Shown here in pieces: positions 27,740 to 42,909 of a DNA stretch of 64,000 nucleotides; within the stretch, counting starts at the first letter, position 1; each line of letters opens with the position of its first letter. The notes beneath the pieces were generated by a model. That model saw nothing but the letters and a program-made list of their open reading frames with translations. It was not told where the DNA came from and made no database searches. Origin of the DNA: Octopus vulgaris (taxonomy: Eukaryota). The stretch is from contig OX597818.1 of assembly GCA_951406725.2 (NCBI GenBank), positions 54,436,001 to 54,500,000 on the forward strand, given 5' to 3'. The translations under genes and the position numbers were made by a program.

Positions 27740-30700
27740 TAATATACGCACACTAACTAACGCATATATACGTATAAATACATATATGCGGACACACATA
27801 TAAATATTAATAAAATAAAGAGAAAAAGATTATAAGTCCTGAGTGGTTCTCTCCCCTTGTGAGAAATTCTCCCATCATTCTATTTCTTATTAATCTCACT
27901 CGCTTCGGAAGCATCCGTAGGTGGAAGTACTAACAGTCGCCTGTCGAAATTCTCACGTGTGTGTTATACGATGCTAGAATTCTGAATGCTACTAATGGCA
28001 ATGTACCATGGCGAAATGAAACATATAGGAAATTGATCCCTCCTAAGTCATCTTGACGTGGAAATACGAAAAGAGTCCTGGAATTCAAACCCGAGAAAAA
28101 CGCAGTGAGGCATGTATGTAGTTTGTAGAGAAAACGGTAATCGAGCTTACACGAAGAACTATAAAACAAGGTGAATAAGTACTGGAAAGAATGAGAGGAA
28201 TAAAATAAGATCCTCCAAAGACTCACAGGATGAAATCTTGAACAGTTAAGAGATTTTCCCTCTTTCTTTCATTCAATCTCTTTGACTCTTTGTCTCTCCT
28301 CTACTGGACCAAAAACAGAAAATATAGATTGCTCTTGCGTATAACGTAAATTTAATTTTAAATTACTCTGAGGATTTCATTGCCTTACCTCTGTCTCTTC
28401 ACTTTTTGTTTCCACTGTAAAGAGAGAAAAACAACAACAAAAAAAAAGACAAAGAAGAGAAGAAGATCGATCGCATATAGTTCCTAAAATGTTTTAAATG
28501 AATATAGACCAACTAGTTTCATAATCCCGGGTTACGTTGCATCGATATGCTCCAATGAGAGCGAAATAACGTTATATGCAGGTACAAGGACACCCAAAAT
28601 GGGAAAAAAATTAAAAAAACTATTTTTAAGGAAATATTATTTCATGTTCACTAAATCATAGGAAAATGCTATCACTCTATAATAATGAGGCAAAAAGATT
28701 AAAAATGAAAAAAGAGTGTAAGTCCTGAGCGGTTCTCTCTCTTGGAGGGAAAATTTTTCCTCCTTTCTATTTCGCAAACTCTCTTTCTCTACGTGTTACT
28801 GCTCCAACGGTCGCCGAACAGACTGTTTAGCTCGTTATCGTCAAAGTCTAGAGTTTCCCCGAGAACTTCGTCGCATTTTTCTTCCACGAATCCTCTATAA
28901 AACGTTAGAGTGGAACTACTACCGATCGCATTGCCCGCTTGGCGGAGGGCTGAGAGAGCTTGACGGCACTCGAGGTGCCAAGCGCCCTTTCTCGGTTTGC
29001 ATTTGATCCAAGATTGCAGCTCTGTCAAAGAGACGAACTGCGGAAAGTCGCGTCTGAAAAAAGACGACCACACCTGTTCACCGTCTAGGAAACGCTTGAG
29101 ATGCCGTAGCCTGAGCGTATGTCTGCGCATCAGTAAACAAGGCATGCCAAGGCCTCCGTTCATCGGCCGTTGACAGCAGATGGAGCGCCTGGCCAGTGGT
29201 ACTCGACCCTTTCACAAAAAGTTGAAGAGCAAACGCACCAGCGAGATGTCGAACGGCTCCGAGCAGAGTGATGGGCCTAAAGTTCCCTATAACGTCCACC
29301 TTGTTTGTGTCCTTTCTCAGCAAAGCCACCACTCCTCGACAAACAAAAGCAGGAATTCTCCCGTTTTGTTGTCAGTTGCAGTAGACGTTTGCCAAGAGGC
29401 CCGCAAACAAGTCTGGCATTGAAGTGTAAAGCTCGTAGGGCAGAACATCCAAACCCGGCGATCTGCCTCTCGTGCAGCTCTTCATTGCTTCCTCCACTTC
29501 CCAGGCAGATATCGGTCTTTCGCAGCACTCCACCTCGCTGTCCGAGAGTTGCGGTAGGCCGTCCAGGTACACACTGAAGTATGTCCCGTTGTCCGTCCCA
29601 AACAGTTGAGCAAACACCGCACACATCTGCTTTGGCTCGGAAACCTCGCACCCGTTCTGGTCCACCAAAGACCGAATGGTCGCTTTGTTGCCGCGCTTCG
29701 CCTCCGCCACGCGGGCCCATCGAGCGGCCTTAGTTCCCTCCCCGCTTAGCGAACGTGCCTTAGCTCTGACAACGCAGCCTTCGTGTTTGGCGTCAAAGTG
29801 TTGGTCGAGGGCCAACCTTGCCGCCAATACGTCGGTTGCAATGCCTGTCTCAAGAGCCTCGTCTAGTTTTCTAACTAAATCCCGCTCTGTTTTCCTACGT
29901 TCTACTGCTTGAGCTTTAATAAACCTAATCGATTCTGCTCTAATTGTTCTCTTGAGAGCAAACCACCAGTTGCTGTTGATGACTGTCCCCGTGAGAGCCC
30001 GTTTAACTAATAAAATAATCCGGTCTCTGTAGGCTTTGCACGCCGTTAACGATGCGTTCAGCTTCCAGTAGCCAGGACCCTGTCTATGTAGCCAATATAA
30101 GTCGATTGTACAGATCACGAATTTGTGGTCCGTGTAGTCGACTAGGTGGAATTGTGGACACCTTATGCTGTCCTTATCCGCTGGCCTACAGAAAGTACGA
30201 TCTAGACGATCCGATGCGATTAGTCCAAGTCCACATTGGCACATTCGAGTTGTCCAGTCGAAACCTGCCGGACAGCTGAAAGCGCCTGAGCAGGTTGGCG
30301 AGGCTCTTGCACCCCTCTCTCCCATCAGATGCTCCCGTGCCCACCCGATCGAAACGTTCGTCTAAGACAGCGTTCCAATCCCCAACTAGCACTAGAGTGC
30401 GTGACGTTCCCAAGAAAACCTCCAAACGTTTGAAATAATCGGACTGCCCTGCCCCTGTCGGAGCGTAGGCAGCCAGCAGTCTGAAAACACCGCCGTCACT
30501 ACCGTCAACGTCGAGGACCACCAACTTACTTTCTGGATCCAGGAAGACCGTCTTTATTTTCAAATCAAGGCACTTCCGAAACAACACCGCAGTACCACCA
30601 CCGCCCGCTTCCGACCGACACGGAGATAGAAAAATCTCGTATCCGCCGAAAAGGGCTGCGAGTTACCGCGGGTCAGAGAGCCTGGTTTCGCTAATGGCTG

Positions 30701-32875
30701 CTACGTCCACGCTATGAAACCTCAGGTCGTTTAACGGGTGACCCTGTTTCCAACGTGACCCGAGGTCTCTCACATTTATGCTACCGATTCTGAGTTTGAC
30801 CATGTTTTAAAAGGGTATGAAGGAGAAAAAGGCTCTACTTACTGTTGTTGTTGTTGTTTGGTGTGGGTGGCTCCCTTGTGCTTTTGCACGGGTGTTTCCA
30901 TCGGGTTTTTGTATAGTTTTGTTTGAGAAATTTCTCCCTAGCGACCGAACATCGTTTGAGTATTTCTCTTTAATTATGTTATATTTATTTTCATTGATTT
31001 TTATGGCGAGAATGTGTGCTGGTGGTGTGTTGTGTGTGGGTATAATAAAATCTGTAATTTTCGTGTCTGTGTTTTCCTTCAGGTATGTAATAAGTTGCTC
31101 ATCTTTTGTGTTTATTGCTGTAACGGTGTCTGTGTGTATTGGTGTGTGTGGCAGTAGTGGTGGAGAAAGTGTTGTTGATTGTTGTAGTGAGTGCTTGTTG
31201 TCGTTGTTGATGTTGGGAAGCTCTATTTGTTCGCGCCTCAACAGTGTGTCATGTGTTGCTTTGTGTTTTTTCTTCTCTTTTTCTTTAGTGGCACTGTGTA
31301 CCACTCCCCTTTCTCACTATCAGTGCTCGCACAATCCGAACTGATTTGGTCTGGAAAGGGGACGTCTGTCGGGTCCGTTTCAACAGTTTGGCGAAATGCT
31401 GTTCATTCTGTTGGAAACGGCGGCGCTGCTATTATTGTTGGTGTTGGTGACGGTGCATCTGTTTCCTTCTGTGTGCTCTTTCTTGGTGTTGGTGTTGGTT
31501 TGGTGGTGGTTGGAGGTGTTGTCGCTCTTCGTGGTGGTGGTGGTGGTGGTGGTGCAGAAACACTTGGTGTCCCACGCTTTTGTTGTTGTTGTTGTTGTTG
31601 TTGCTGCTGCTGTTGCTGTTGTTGGTGCTGCTGCCTCTTTCTTTTCTTTGCTTATAAATGGGGCAGTCCTTTTTTTAGATGTTTTTCGCTGCTGCAGAGG
31701 TAGCACTTTAGTTTTCGCCCCTCTACAGCAACGTGTAATCTGGTGCCGTCTGGCAAATTAACCGAGTCGGGTATGGCATTTATATTTTCCTGATGAATTT
31801 GCACCAGCAGCTAAACCCTCATACCTGACCAGTTCCGCTCTCGCAACCTGTGCACTTCCAGAATAGCGGCAGTCTCATTTATGTCATAGAGGACAGCTGC
31901 CACTTGCCAAGATATGCTTAGCTCTGGCGGCACCTGGTCAATTTTAATTTTTGTTACTCGTCGACCAAGGTATGTTGGTACGAGCAACAACTTTTCTGTT
32001 TGCAAGGGCGAAATAGCATGCTTCCTTGCCTCTTCCTCCGTTGGTAATCGAACCTCCACGGTTCCAAACCGCTTTCCTTTGGTCACATAGCTCTTTTGAC
32101 CCCATATGGGCTTTAAAGCTATGTCCAGTTGTTGTGGTGCTGCATTGCTCAATTTCTTATATTTTCTTTCGAAAATCCTATAGATGATTATTTTTTTGTT
32201 TGTGTAATTTATTAGTTGTTGTGGTGTATTGAGGAAAACACTGTTTCCCTGTTTCCTCAACAACTCTTTTGCACTTTTAATTTCTTCCATCGTAACTTTT
32301 ATTTCCTCCGAGCTCTGTTTTGCAGCGGAGGCGAAACCGTTACGATGACTTTCACTTGTTGTGTCGTTGCTGGTGGTCATGTCGGAGTCGTTGCTGGTCT
32401 TCTTTCCATCCTTCTCCGGTACTGGAGTAATGGTGGAGGGAAGAGCAGGGAAATCTTGGAAGACATCAAAAGTGACGCCTTCGTTTACACTTTCATTTGG
32501 AACGTTGCACGCGCAGGCACGTTCTTTCGAATTTTCTTGTTTGCCTTTTAAGGCACGAAATGGGCGGTTTGGAGCCGTTTTCGAAATTGTCTGTGTTTGT
32601 GGAGGGTGTGATGTTTGAAGAAGGGAACAGCTAATTGCTCTCTTCAACGACATTTTTTTGTAAAATAAATGTGAATGTTTGCAAAAATTTAAAAGTTCAA
32701 ACGAAAATTTTACCCCTAATAGGGGAAAATTTGCCTAACCAACTAGCTCCACAAGAGGTTAGTTGGCTTGGCCACACAAATATACAAAAATATTTAAACT
32801 TTTTCCGAAGTTTCAGGCAGAAATGGTGCAAAAACTTACGAGCTTCGGGAAAACACATCCGCCCACTTCGGAAGA
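27740..32875 (-). mobile_element. L1/Tx1-clade non-LTR retrotransposon, degenerate, RT core deleted
   Basis: ORF1 (32653->30807) has a frameshifted CYLCSSEKHLKKDC zinc knuckle near 31670-31706. ORF2 starts at ATG 30803 with APE motifs (SINVR, ISETR, YAP, GDWN, TDH), then GYWKLN, SPGLD, NFRPITLL and GGLGMP. Confidence 0.88.
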
Positions 32876-32936
<61 letters not shown>

Positions 32937-33106
32937 TTAGGAGTATAACTCCAAACATACAGGGAAAAATTCAATTTAGTATTAAATCAAATTTCACAAT
33001 ATAAATATATAATATATATAAATGTTTTATAATATATTTTATGTTTTCTTTATGATTTGGTTTATGTCTATCGTTGTTTGAATTGCATAATAGGGTTTTT
33101 GCTCTA

Positions 33107-33157
<51 letters not shown>

Positions 33158-33981
33158 ACAAGAAAAAGAAACAACAACGCGAAGACAGGGTACATGCAAA
33201 GTATTAAAAGAGACAGATTGATAGATGGATAGATGGATGGATGGATGGTTGGATGGATGGATGGTTGATTGTAAACTACATCCTCAGGTAAAATTTTGAA
33301 AATCTTTGTTACATATTAATGTCTCGACATCAAGTTCCAAAATCGCAAAGTTAATCTTTAAACAGAACGTTAGAAGTTGTAGAAGATAATAATAATAAAA
33401 TTAATATAAAATAATACGATTATCTATAAAAACGGAAGGGAATTTTTGTGATATAATTATAAAATAACTAGTAGATATAATTAGTATAAAAAAAGGGTAA
33501 GTGGTATATTTATTACTAAAACTGTAGAAAATAAACGATAATACTAACAAACTGAAACCAAATAAATGTATTTAGAGACAATGTTTACGAAATACAGGGA
33601 TGGATACCAACAAGAGAAATATGATAAATATTAAATTTTAGACATGAAACTATAAGTAAATATTTAAGAAATTCATAAAAAGTATGGAGTACAATGAGAA
33701 TAATATGAATATAAATTAATAAGAGGGTTTTCTAAGAGGAGAAGGGGGATTTATTAATAGATTAGGAAATAATTGTTACATAATTTTGGTATAAGAAAAA
33801 GAAAATCATATTGTAATCCTTTATAGAGACAAAATTTCCAAAATATAGGGCTGGATATCAGCTGGATATCATCAAGAAGAATATGAACAACTTGAAATTA
33901 ATGATTATAGGTTCAAATATATAAGTAAATACATGTTACCAGTAGCACTCGAAAGTGACCTGACATACATACATACATACA

Positions 33982-34015
<34 letters not shown>

Positions 34016-34977
34016 CATGCATACATACATACATACATACATGCATACATACATACATACATACATACATACATACATACATACATACATACATACATAC
34101 ATACATACATACATAAATACATACATACATACATACATATATACATACATACATGCATACATACATACATACATACATACATACACACACCCAAGCATGG
34201 CATCTATGTACATCGTTCAAAATACGAGAATGCAAGTGTACACATATGCAGATATATTTGTGCATCAGTATGCATGCGTGTGTGTGTGTGTATGTGTCTG
34301 CGTTCGTGCGTGTGTGTGTTTGTGTGTGTGTGAGTATGTGTGTGAATTTATAAATGACGAGAAAATTAGTATGGAGAAATTTACTTAACCATAGAAACAT
34401 TCAAATATCACAATAGATTGTTTCATAAATTAAAACATGTACACGTAATTTATTTTATAATATATATATTATTTTATGTTATCTATAAATAAATAAATAA
34501 ATTTATGAATAAATTCATTTATTCATAAATGAGTGATTTTCATGTCTGCATAAATACAAATGATAGCTTTATTGTTATTTCCCTTCTTCACTAATAATAA
34601 TCATTTATACTCCATGTAATAATATTTAACTATTTTTATTGTCAATTGCATCATCTTCAATAAAACAATTCATACTTTGAACATATTTAAATACTAACAA
34701 TGTTAATAAGATATTTAGGTATAAAAGTAATTTTTAGCGTATCTACCTGTATTATAACTATAATTATGTATTTTAAACAATATTTTAATGATTGCATATC
34801 AATATTTTTTTTCCGATTATTTACGGCATATACTTTAATCTATCCCATTCTACAATACTGAATTATACTAATCTTATCCTATATTACTATCTTTTCTCTA
34901 TTTACTTATATATTTGAACCTATAATCATTAATTTAATGTTGTTCATATTTTTATTGTTGATATCCAGCCCTATTAA

Positions 34978-35310
34978 GGCGGCGAGCTGGCAGAATCGTT
35001 AGCACGCCGGGCGAAATGCGTAGCCGTATTTCGTCTGCCGTTACGTTCTGAGTTCAAATTCCGCCGAGGCCGACTGTGCCTTCAATCCAATTGGGGTCGA
35101 TTAAATAAGTACCAGTTACGCACTGGGGTCGATGTAATCGACTTAATCCGTGTGTCTGTCCTTGTTTGTCCCCTCTGTGTTTAGCCCCTTGTGGGTAGTA
35201 AAGAAATAGGTATTTTGTCTGCCGCTACGTTCCAAGTTCAAACTGCGCCGAGGTCGACTTTGCCTTTCATCCTTTCGGGAGTGATATATTAAGTATCAGT
35301 TGCGTATTGG
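34978..35310 (+). mobile_element. tRNA-derived SINE, second family, nested/duplicated; mirror at 22270-22578 (-)
   Basis: ggcggcgagctggcagaatcgttag head and gagttcaaattcc B box, followed by a second partial copy. Confidence 0.82.
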
Positions 35311-36376
35311 GCTCGCTCTAATTGAGTGGCTCCCTCCCAGGATATCCAGCTTTATATTTCGGAAACTCTGTCTCTATAAAGGATAAATATATGATCTTCC
35401 TTTTCTTATACCAAAATTATGTAATAATTATTTCCTAATATCTCTTTCTCTTTTCTCTTTTACTTGTTTCAGTCATTTGACTCTGGCCATGCTGGAGCAC
35501 CGCCTTTAATCGAGCAACTCGACCCCGGGACTTATTCTTTGTAAGCCCAGTACTTATTCTATCGGTCTCTTTTTTGCCGAACCGCTAAGTGACGGGGACG
35601 TAAACACACCAGCATCGGTTGTCAAGCAATGCTAGGGGAACAAATACAGACACACAAAGAAACACATATATATATATACATATATACGACAGGCTTCTTT
35701 CAGTTTCCGTCTACCAAATCCACTCACAAGGCATTGGTCGGCCCGGGGCTATAGCAGAAGACACTTGCCCAAGATGCCACGCAGTGGGACTGAACCCGGA
35801 ACCATGTGGTTGGTTAGCAAGCTACTTACCACACAGCCACTCCTGCGCCTAATATCTTAATAAATCTTTCTTTTCCTATGAGACAACTGTCTTCTTTATT
35901 TATACTAATATTATTCTCATTGTACTCCATACATTTTATGAATTTCTTAAATATTTACTTAAAAGTAAACTGCAAAGTGGTGGTGATCTGCATTTTGAGA
36001 GGCTACAAGAGTTTTCAAAATCAATGCACAGATGAAGGGAGATAATAATAATAATTTCTTGATTGTTCTCTCCCTTGCATTATTTCTAGACTTGGTTTTT
36101 TGCATGAATTTCCATCCACTAAATTTAATATTGTTAGTATTTCTCGTATTTATCAATCCCTGTATTTCATAAACATTCTCTCTAAGTACTTTTATTTAGT
36201 TTCTGTTTGTTAGTATTATTATCTCTCTGCTTTTACAATCTTTTATTTTCTACATTTTTAATAATAAATATACCGCTTTCCTTTTATTATACTAATTATA
36301 TCTACTAGTTATTTAATAATTATATCACAAAAATTCCCATCCCTTTGTTAGATAATCGCCGTATTATTTAATTTTT

Positions 36377-36450
<74 letters not shown>

Positions 36451-36453
<3 letters not shown>

Positions 36454-38998
36454 TAGTATATTATTTATATCGTGCTTTCACTTCACTACCGAGCGCAGCT
36501 CTGTGTGCCTTGGGTATGTGCTGTGATTTGTCGTGATGCTCTGACGGTTATTGCATAGAAAGTGTTCTGCGTAAGATGTGTGCAGTGCCTAGTAGATTTT
36601 GGGTGATGCATCCTAGATCCTGTCATTATTTTTCTTGTTTTCCTATCTATTTTGGTCAGTTCATTTCGTGTCCAGTTAAGGATATTGTAGCTGTAACATA
36701 TAACTGGGACAGCTAAAGTGTTAATACCTATTATCTTGTTTTTAGCATTGAGCTCTGTTTTTAGTATTGATCTAACTCGTCTATAATATTCTTTTTTATT
36801 TTCTCTTTCATTTGTGTGTGTTGTGTCTTATCTAGTTCATGGATACCTAAGTATTTGTAAGTTCGGCTTTGGTCTAATTCTTTTATTTCATTGGTTTTAT
36901 CTAGTGTGATGTTGCTACTCTTAATTAGTCTTCCTCTTTTCAGGGTTACTTTGGCGCATTTCTCTAATCCAAATTTCATATCTATTTCTTTGGTAAATCC
37001 ATGAACTGTCTTTAGTAGTGTTTCCAGCAGTTTGTCATTTGTAGCGTAAAGTTTTAGGTCATCCATATACAAAAGACGGCTGATCTTTTTGCCGTAACAT
37101 TTATATCCGCATCCAGTTCTGTTTAGCATATCCGATAGAGGTGACAGTGCCAAGCAGAAAAGGAGTGGAGAGAGCGTATCTCCCTGGAATATTCCTCTTC
37201 TAATGGGGATGGTTTTGGTTTTCACAAGTCCCTCTTTTGTTTGGAGCTGTAGCACTGTTTGCCATTTATTCATAGAGTGTCCTCTGTACTTTATAATTAT
37301 TGGTGCAACTTTGTTCATGGCTAGTGTTTCGAGGATCCATGTGTGGGGGATGCTATCAAACGCCTTTTTGTAGTCGATCCAGGCCATACTGAGGCCTTTC
37401 TACCTTCTGTGGCTGTCTTCAGTTATGGCTTTATTGATCATTAGTTGATCTTTACAGCCATATGAGCCTTTGCGGCATCCTTTCTGCTCTTCTGGGAACA
37501 GGTTGTTTTCGTCCAGGTGCTTGTTCAATCTTTGCGATATTACTGCAGTAAATGCTTTGTACGTTGTAGGGAGACAGGTTATTGGTCTGTAGTTTTCTGG
37601 TTTTGCTGTCTCGTTTGATTTGGGAATTAAGATGGTTTTCCCCTTCGTGAGCCATTCAGGCATAGTCTCTGGCTCTGTCAGAATGTTGTTAAAGTTTTCA
37701 GCCAGCTTTTTGTTCATTCCTGTTAGATATTTCAACCAGAAGTTGGGGATCTTGTCATGCCCAGGTGCCTTCCAGTTGCTTAGTCTTTGCAGTGCCTGGG
37801 TGACCTCTTCAGTTGTTATGGGGGTCCAAAGTTGCTCAGATGCTGAGTTTGTTGTTTTAATACTCCTTTTTTTTTTTTGGTTGTTCGTTCGCCGACCATA
37901 TTTCTCTCTTGCTTCAGCTTTTCTTTTATCTCGGGTAAATCTTTTTCTGTGGTGTTGTATTTTCGGAGTATTTTTGTTTTCTTTTTCTTGCTCAGTAGCG
38001 TTGATTGTCTACTGATTTCATTAAGAATCGACAGATCTTTTCTCATTTTTTGTATTTTGTTTTGGATGTTATTTATCCACAGGGTTTGTTTGGGTGGTGG
38101 TACTCCTGTTTGGATGGGTTTGAGTGAGTATCCAGCTTCTTTTGTGGCTGCAGTGGCTGCTGCGTATACTAAGTCATTTAGCTCAGTGATATCGCTTTTT
38201 GGTTCAGTGGCTATTAGTTCCGTGACGGCTAGGTTTATGTTGTTTATAATTGATGTTGTTGTTTTGTCTATTTTAATTTTTGGGAGGTATGGTCGGTGGT
38301 CCATTTTGAGCTCTGTGGTTTTCAGTTCTTTGATTATTCTACTTTTTATATGATCATAATCATTAGGCTCTCCTTTGTTGTTTCCAGGTTTTAGATTTGT
38401 GTCGCTTTCTATCTCATCCGTATGTTTGATTGTTGTGTTTTGGCTTGCTGTTTGTCGTGTATTATTATGTATCCTTACGGTCTGGGTTTGTTTTGGTTTT
38501 TTTTTGTTGTTTACATCGTTTTTGTTGGAAATGTTACGTTTGTCTTCGTGTTTTACTGTTTCAGTGTTTATATTATTTGGCATTGTTGTGTGGCTTCTAT
38601 CTACATTTTCCTGATGTATTTTTTCTTTTAAATGTTCTATTTCTATTTCTGATATTTTTTGCGTTGAGAATATATCTCCGTATATTTGCTAGTTTATTAG
38701 GGTTCATTGTTGTATCCAGGTCTTTATTTATGTTATTTTTCTTCCATATTTTGTATGTATGTGTTGTTGTATTTTCATTCTTTGGGTAGAGCACTGCTGT
38801 AAAGTAAGCGTGTAGGATAGAAATGTATTCCTCACGTGTCCATTTATGTCTTTTGGGTTTAATTTGCGGGACATGAGGAACAACGTCCGGCCCAATATTT
38901 TGACAGTCGTTATTTTCGAAGGGTACCGGTCCGTTCATTTCTGTTGTCACATTGTTTTGCACGTGTAGTTTTTCGTACATTTTATGTTGTAAATTTAC
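36451..38998 (-). mobile_element. R4/Dong-clade LINE, mirror copy
   Basis: ORFs 38597-39007, 37816-38583, 37400-37735 and 36761-37387. It has the same C-terminal deletion as the left copy, plus a private ~170 bp deletion near 37905. Confidence 0.9.
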
Positions 38999-38999
38999 A

Positions 39000-41900
39000 C
39001 ACCCCACACTGACCTTCCTACGCCTACCCCATCTTCACCCAACTATTCCAAATCTCCTCCCCACACCTCTGCACCCCTTCTTCCTGACCCCACTCATCCC
39101 ACCACCTTGCTTCCTCTCACTGTTGTCACTATACCCCCCAATCTCCCCCTCTCCGCTGTCGAGCGCTCTCTCCTCAGTAAGGAACTCCGCTTCACACCTC
39201 TCACGCGCCACTGTGGCGAATTTGAGACCCGGACCGAAGTCAACCAGTTCCTGCGCCGCCTCAAACTTTGCGCGTTTTCCCACGCGTCCCCACATCGTCA
39301 CGACAATCAGGATTGCTTTTTGGAGCTGGGTCGCCGCCCATCCAACTGGACGCCACCCCCAGGCCAATTCAGTAGCCTAGATTTGTTCGTGAACGACTGC
39401 AATGCGTTGGTCAACCAATTCAACTTCAAAAAAGACCTCTCCGAGACAACCTCACTCGGGCTGAATCGATTGCCCTTCGCAACCTCCGTCGCCGCAATGA
39501 CATTGTCATCAAACCGGCAGACAAAGGCGGAGCAGTGGTGGTGTGGCGAGCGTACCTATACAGGGAAGAAGCGCTCAGCCATGTTCAAAATCCCCTCTTC
39601 TATCGCCTACTCCCCTCCAATCCTACCTCCTCCTACCAACAGCGAGTGTCCTCCACCATCCACGACCTCATCTCCTCTTCTGCTTTCCAACCCACCGTCA
39701 CCAACCTTATCGTCCGTACACCCCGAAGCTCTACCATCTATTTCCTTCCCAAAATTCATAAACCCAATAACCCTGGCCACGCCATCGTTTCCACCTGTAA
39801 TTGTCCCACCGAACGCATTTCCCTATACCTCGACCGCATTCTGTCTCTGCCCTCCCATCTCACATACATGACACTAACCACGCCCTTCGTCTCTTCAATT
39901 CCTTTTCCTTCCCTCCCAGCCCCTCACACCTCCTCTTTACCTTAGACATCAAATCCCTTTACACTGTGATTCCCCACAACGACGGTTTCTTAGCCCTCCA
40001 ATACTTCCTCGACCGTCGAAGCGACCCCTACCCCAGCACCCCACCCTTCTCCGCTTAGCAGAGCTCGTCCTCACCCTCAATTGCTTTACGTTCGCCGGGG
40101 AAATGTACGAACAGTGTCTGGGGTCGCGATGGGAATGAGAATGGTCCCCAATTTTGCCAATCTCTTTGTTGGCTACATTGAGGCCCAAGCATTCTCCCAA
40201 TTCTCCGAGCCGACCGCAGAGCTATACGGTCGCTACATAGACGACTGCATAGGCGCCACATCCCTCTCCCGCGAACAACTCTGCCACTTCATCTCTTTCC
40301 TCTCTAACTTCCACCAATTCTCTCCAATTCACTTCTACCATCTCTTAATACCTCTGTTAACTTCCTTGACATCTCTCTTAGCATCGACCACCCATCCCAC
40401 TCTCTCACCAACTCCTCCTTCTTCATACCCACGGATTCCCACCTCTATCTCAACTTCTCCTCCTCCCATCCCTTCCACACCAAACAGGCCATCCCCTACT
40501 CCCAGTTCCTCCGCCTTCGACGCTTGTGCAGCCGCGACCAGTATTTTGAGACTCAGTCTCAGTACCGGGCACGCCTGTTCAGGCATCGAGGATACCCCCC
40601 AACCCTGGCCTTGAACGCCCTTACCCGCTCTCGCCGAATCGACCGCACCACCGCCCTTTCTCACTCCTCTCACCAACCCACTAACCGCACCCCCTTTCCC
40701 CTCCTTTCCACCCCTCCACTCTACCCTTTCGTCGGAGGATACTACGTGCCTTCCGTCGTCTCCAGCTCGATCCCACGACCCGCCTCATTTTCCCCGACCC
40801 ACACTCGTCATCCTTCAAACGAGCCCGGAATCTACGCGATCTCCTGGTCCGTAGCACCCTCTCCTCTTCCCCCTCAGCCCCACATGGATCCTTCCCGTTC
40901 TCCAGATACCACTGCAACACCTGCCCCTTCATCACCAACACCACTGCTGTCACCGGCTCCAACCAGCGAACTGTACGCATTAGACATTCTTTTACGTGCA
41001 CTTCGTCTGGCCTCATCTATTGCATAAAATGCAACCTCTGCTTTATGCAGGACAGACGGGCCGCCGACTGGCCGACCGGTTCGCCGAACATCTAAGGGAT
41101 GATCGGCTGCGTACCAATTCTCCCGTCGCCCGTCACTTGTGCTCGGCCAACAATTTCCCCGGTGACATCTCTGTGTTTGATCTCGCCCCACACAACGGAC
41201 CTCCACAATCCAGGCTTCACTTGGAGCAACGGTTTATTTTCACTTTTACAGACTAATACCACGCACGGACTCAACACAGCCCCCTCCTCTTAGTGACTGC
41301 GTCTCCACCTCCCGCAACAAGCAACTTTATTTCTTATTTCTTATCTCTTCCTTCTTTTCTTTTTTTCTTATTTTCTTTTCTTTGTCTTTTTTTCATTTTC
41401 TTTCCTCACGTGCTATTACGTCTTTTATTTTATTATTTTATTGTTTTATAATTTTTTTGTTTTCTTAGTGTTTAAATTTTTTATTATTTTATTATTTTTA
41501 TAAATTATTGTTCTTATACACAAACACATACACACACATACTCACGTATCCACGAACACACACACATCTCTAACACACCACACACATACAACATACATGC
41601 ACATATACGCACACATACTTCCACACACATACACACACGCATACATACACAAATACACACACCCACACACACCCACGCGCACACACACATATGGCCATGT
41701 ACACACACATATGCCCGTGCACACACACACATATGCCCGTGCACACACACACGTACACAAACGTACACACACGCAAAGAATGCACAGAAACCTATCCCAT
41801 CCAACCCCATGCACACACAGACACGCATACCTTTAGACACACACACATAGCCACATACACGCACATACTCAAGCACACGCGCGTACACACAATCAAATGA

Positions 41901-42868
41901 ACACAACCTGACACACATCTCCACGGTCACACACACGCACATACACATACACGCACGTACATACGCACACAATACACGCACACACACATATACACACATA
42001 CATACACACGTACATACACACACACCAGCACAGATGCCTACATATACCTCCAACAAACAATACTCATACAGATACGTACACACATGAGCACAGACACACA
42101 CGCACATACACGCACGTAAGCGCACACACGCACACAAGCACACGCACGCAAATTATGCCCACACAACTCCAAATACCCCTCCACACACACGCATAGACAA
42201 ATTCACATACACACCGATACATATACATACATACAATATACGCCTACACGCGCGCACACACATACACATACGTATACACATATAGACACAGGCACACACA
42301 CACACACGCACACAAAAACATGCGCACACATACGCACGCACACACGCACACGAATGCACACACCCAAAACTCACAACCCCATGGATACATGTATATACAC
42401 CCATATACGCTTACATACACACATACAAACGCACACGTACACGCACACACAACTACACGCACATACGACACGCACGCACGTACACACACACACACACACA
42501 CACACACAAATGAACCCACACATACATCCCATACACACAGCACTCAATTATACATACATGTATACACACATACGCACGTACAAGCACACACGCACACATA
42601 CACTAAGTAAAGCACAGTTATTCGCCACACACCCAAACTCTACGCATACACACACGAACACACACATACATACACACACAGACTACAAACAAAACACACA
42701 CACGATACATATACATACATGCATACCCACACATACTTCAAACTAGCAGTAACTACTATTGACCTGTGGTAGAGACAAAAGGAGTCACTCCTAAATCCTT
42801 CTTCCTTGACCTTAAACACTACTAGCCCTACAACACGCAAAGATTAACAGCCACAACGACACACACAC

Positions 42869-42909
<41 letters not shown>

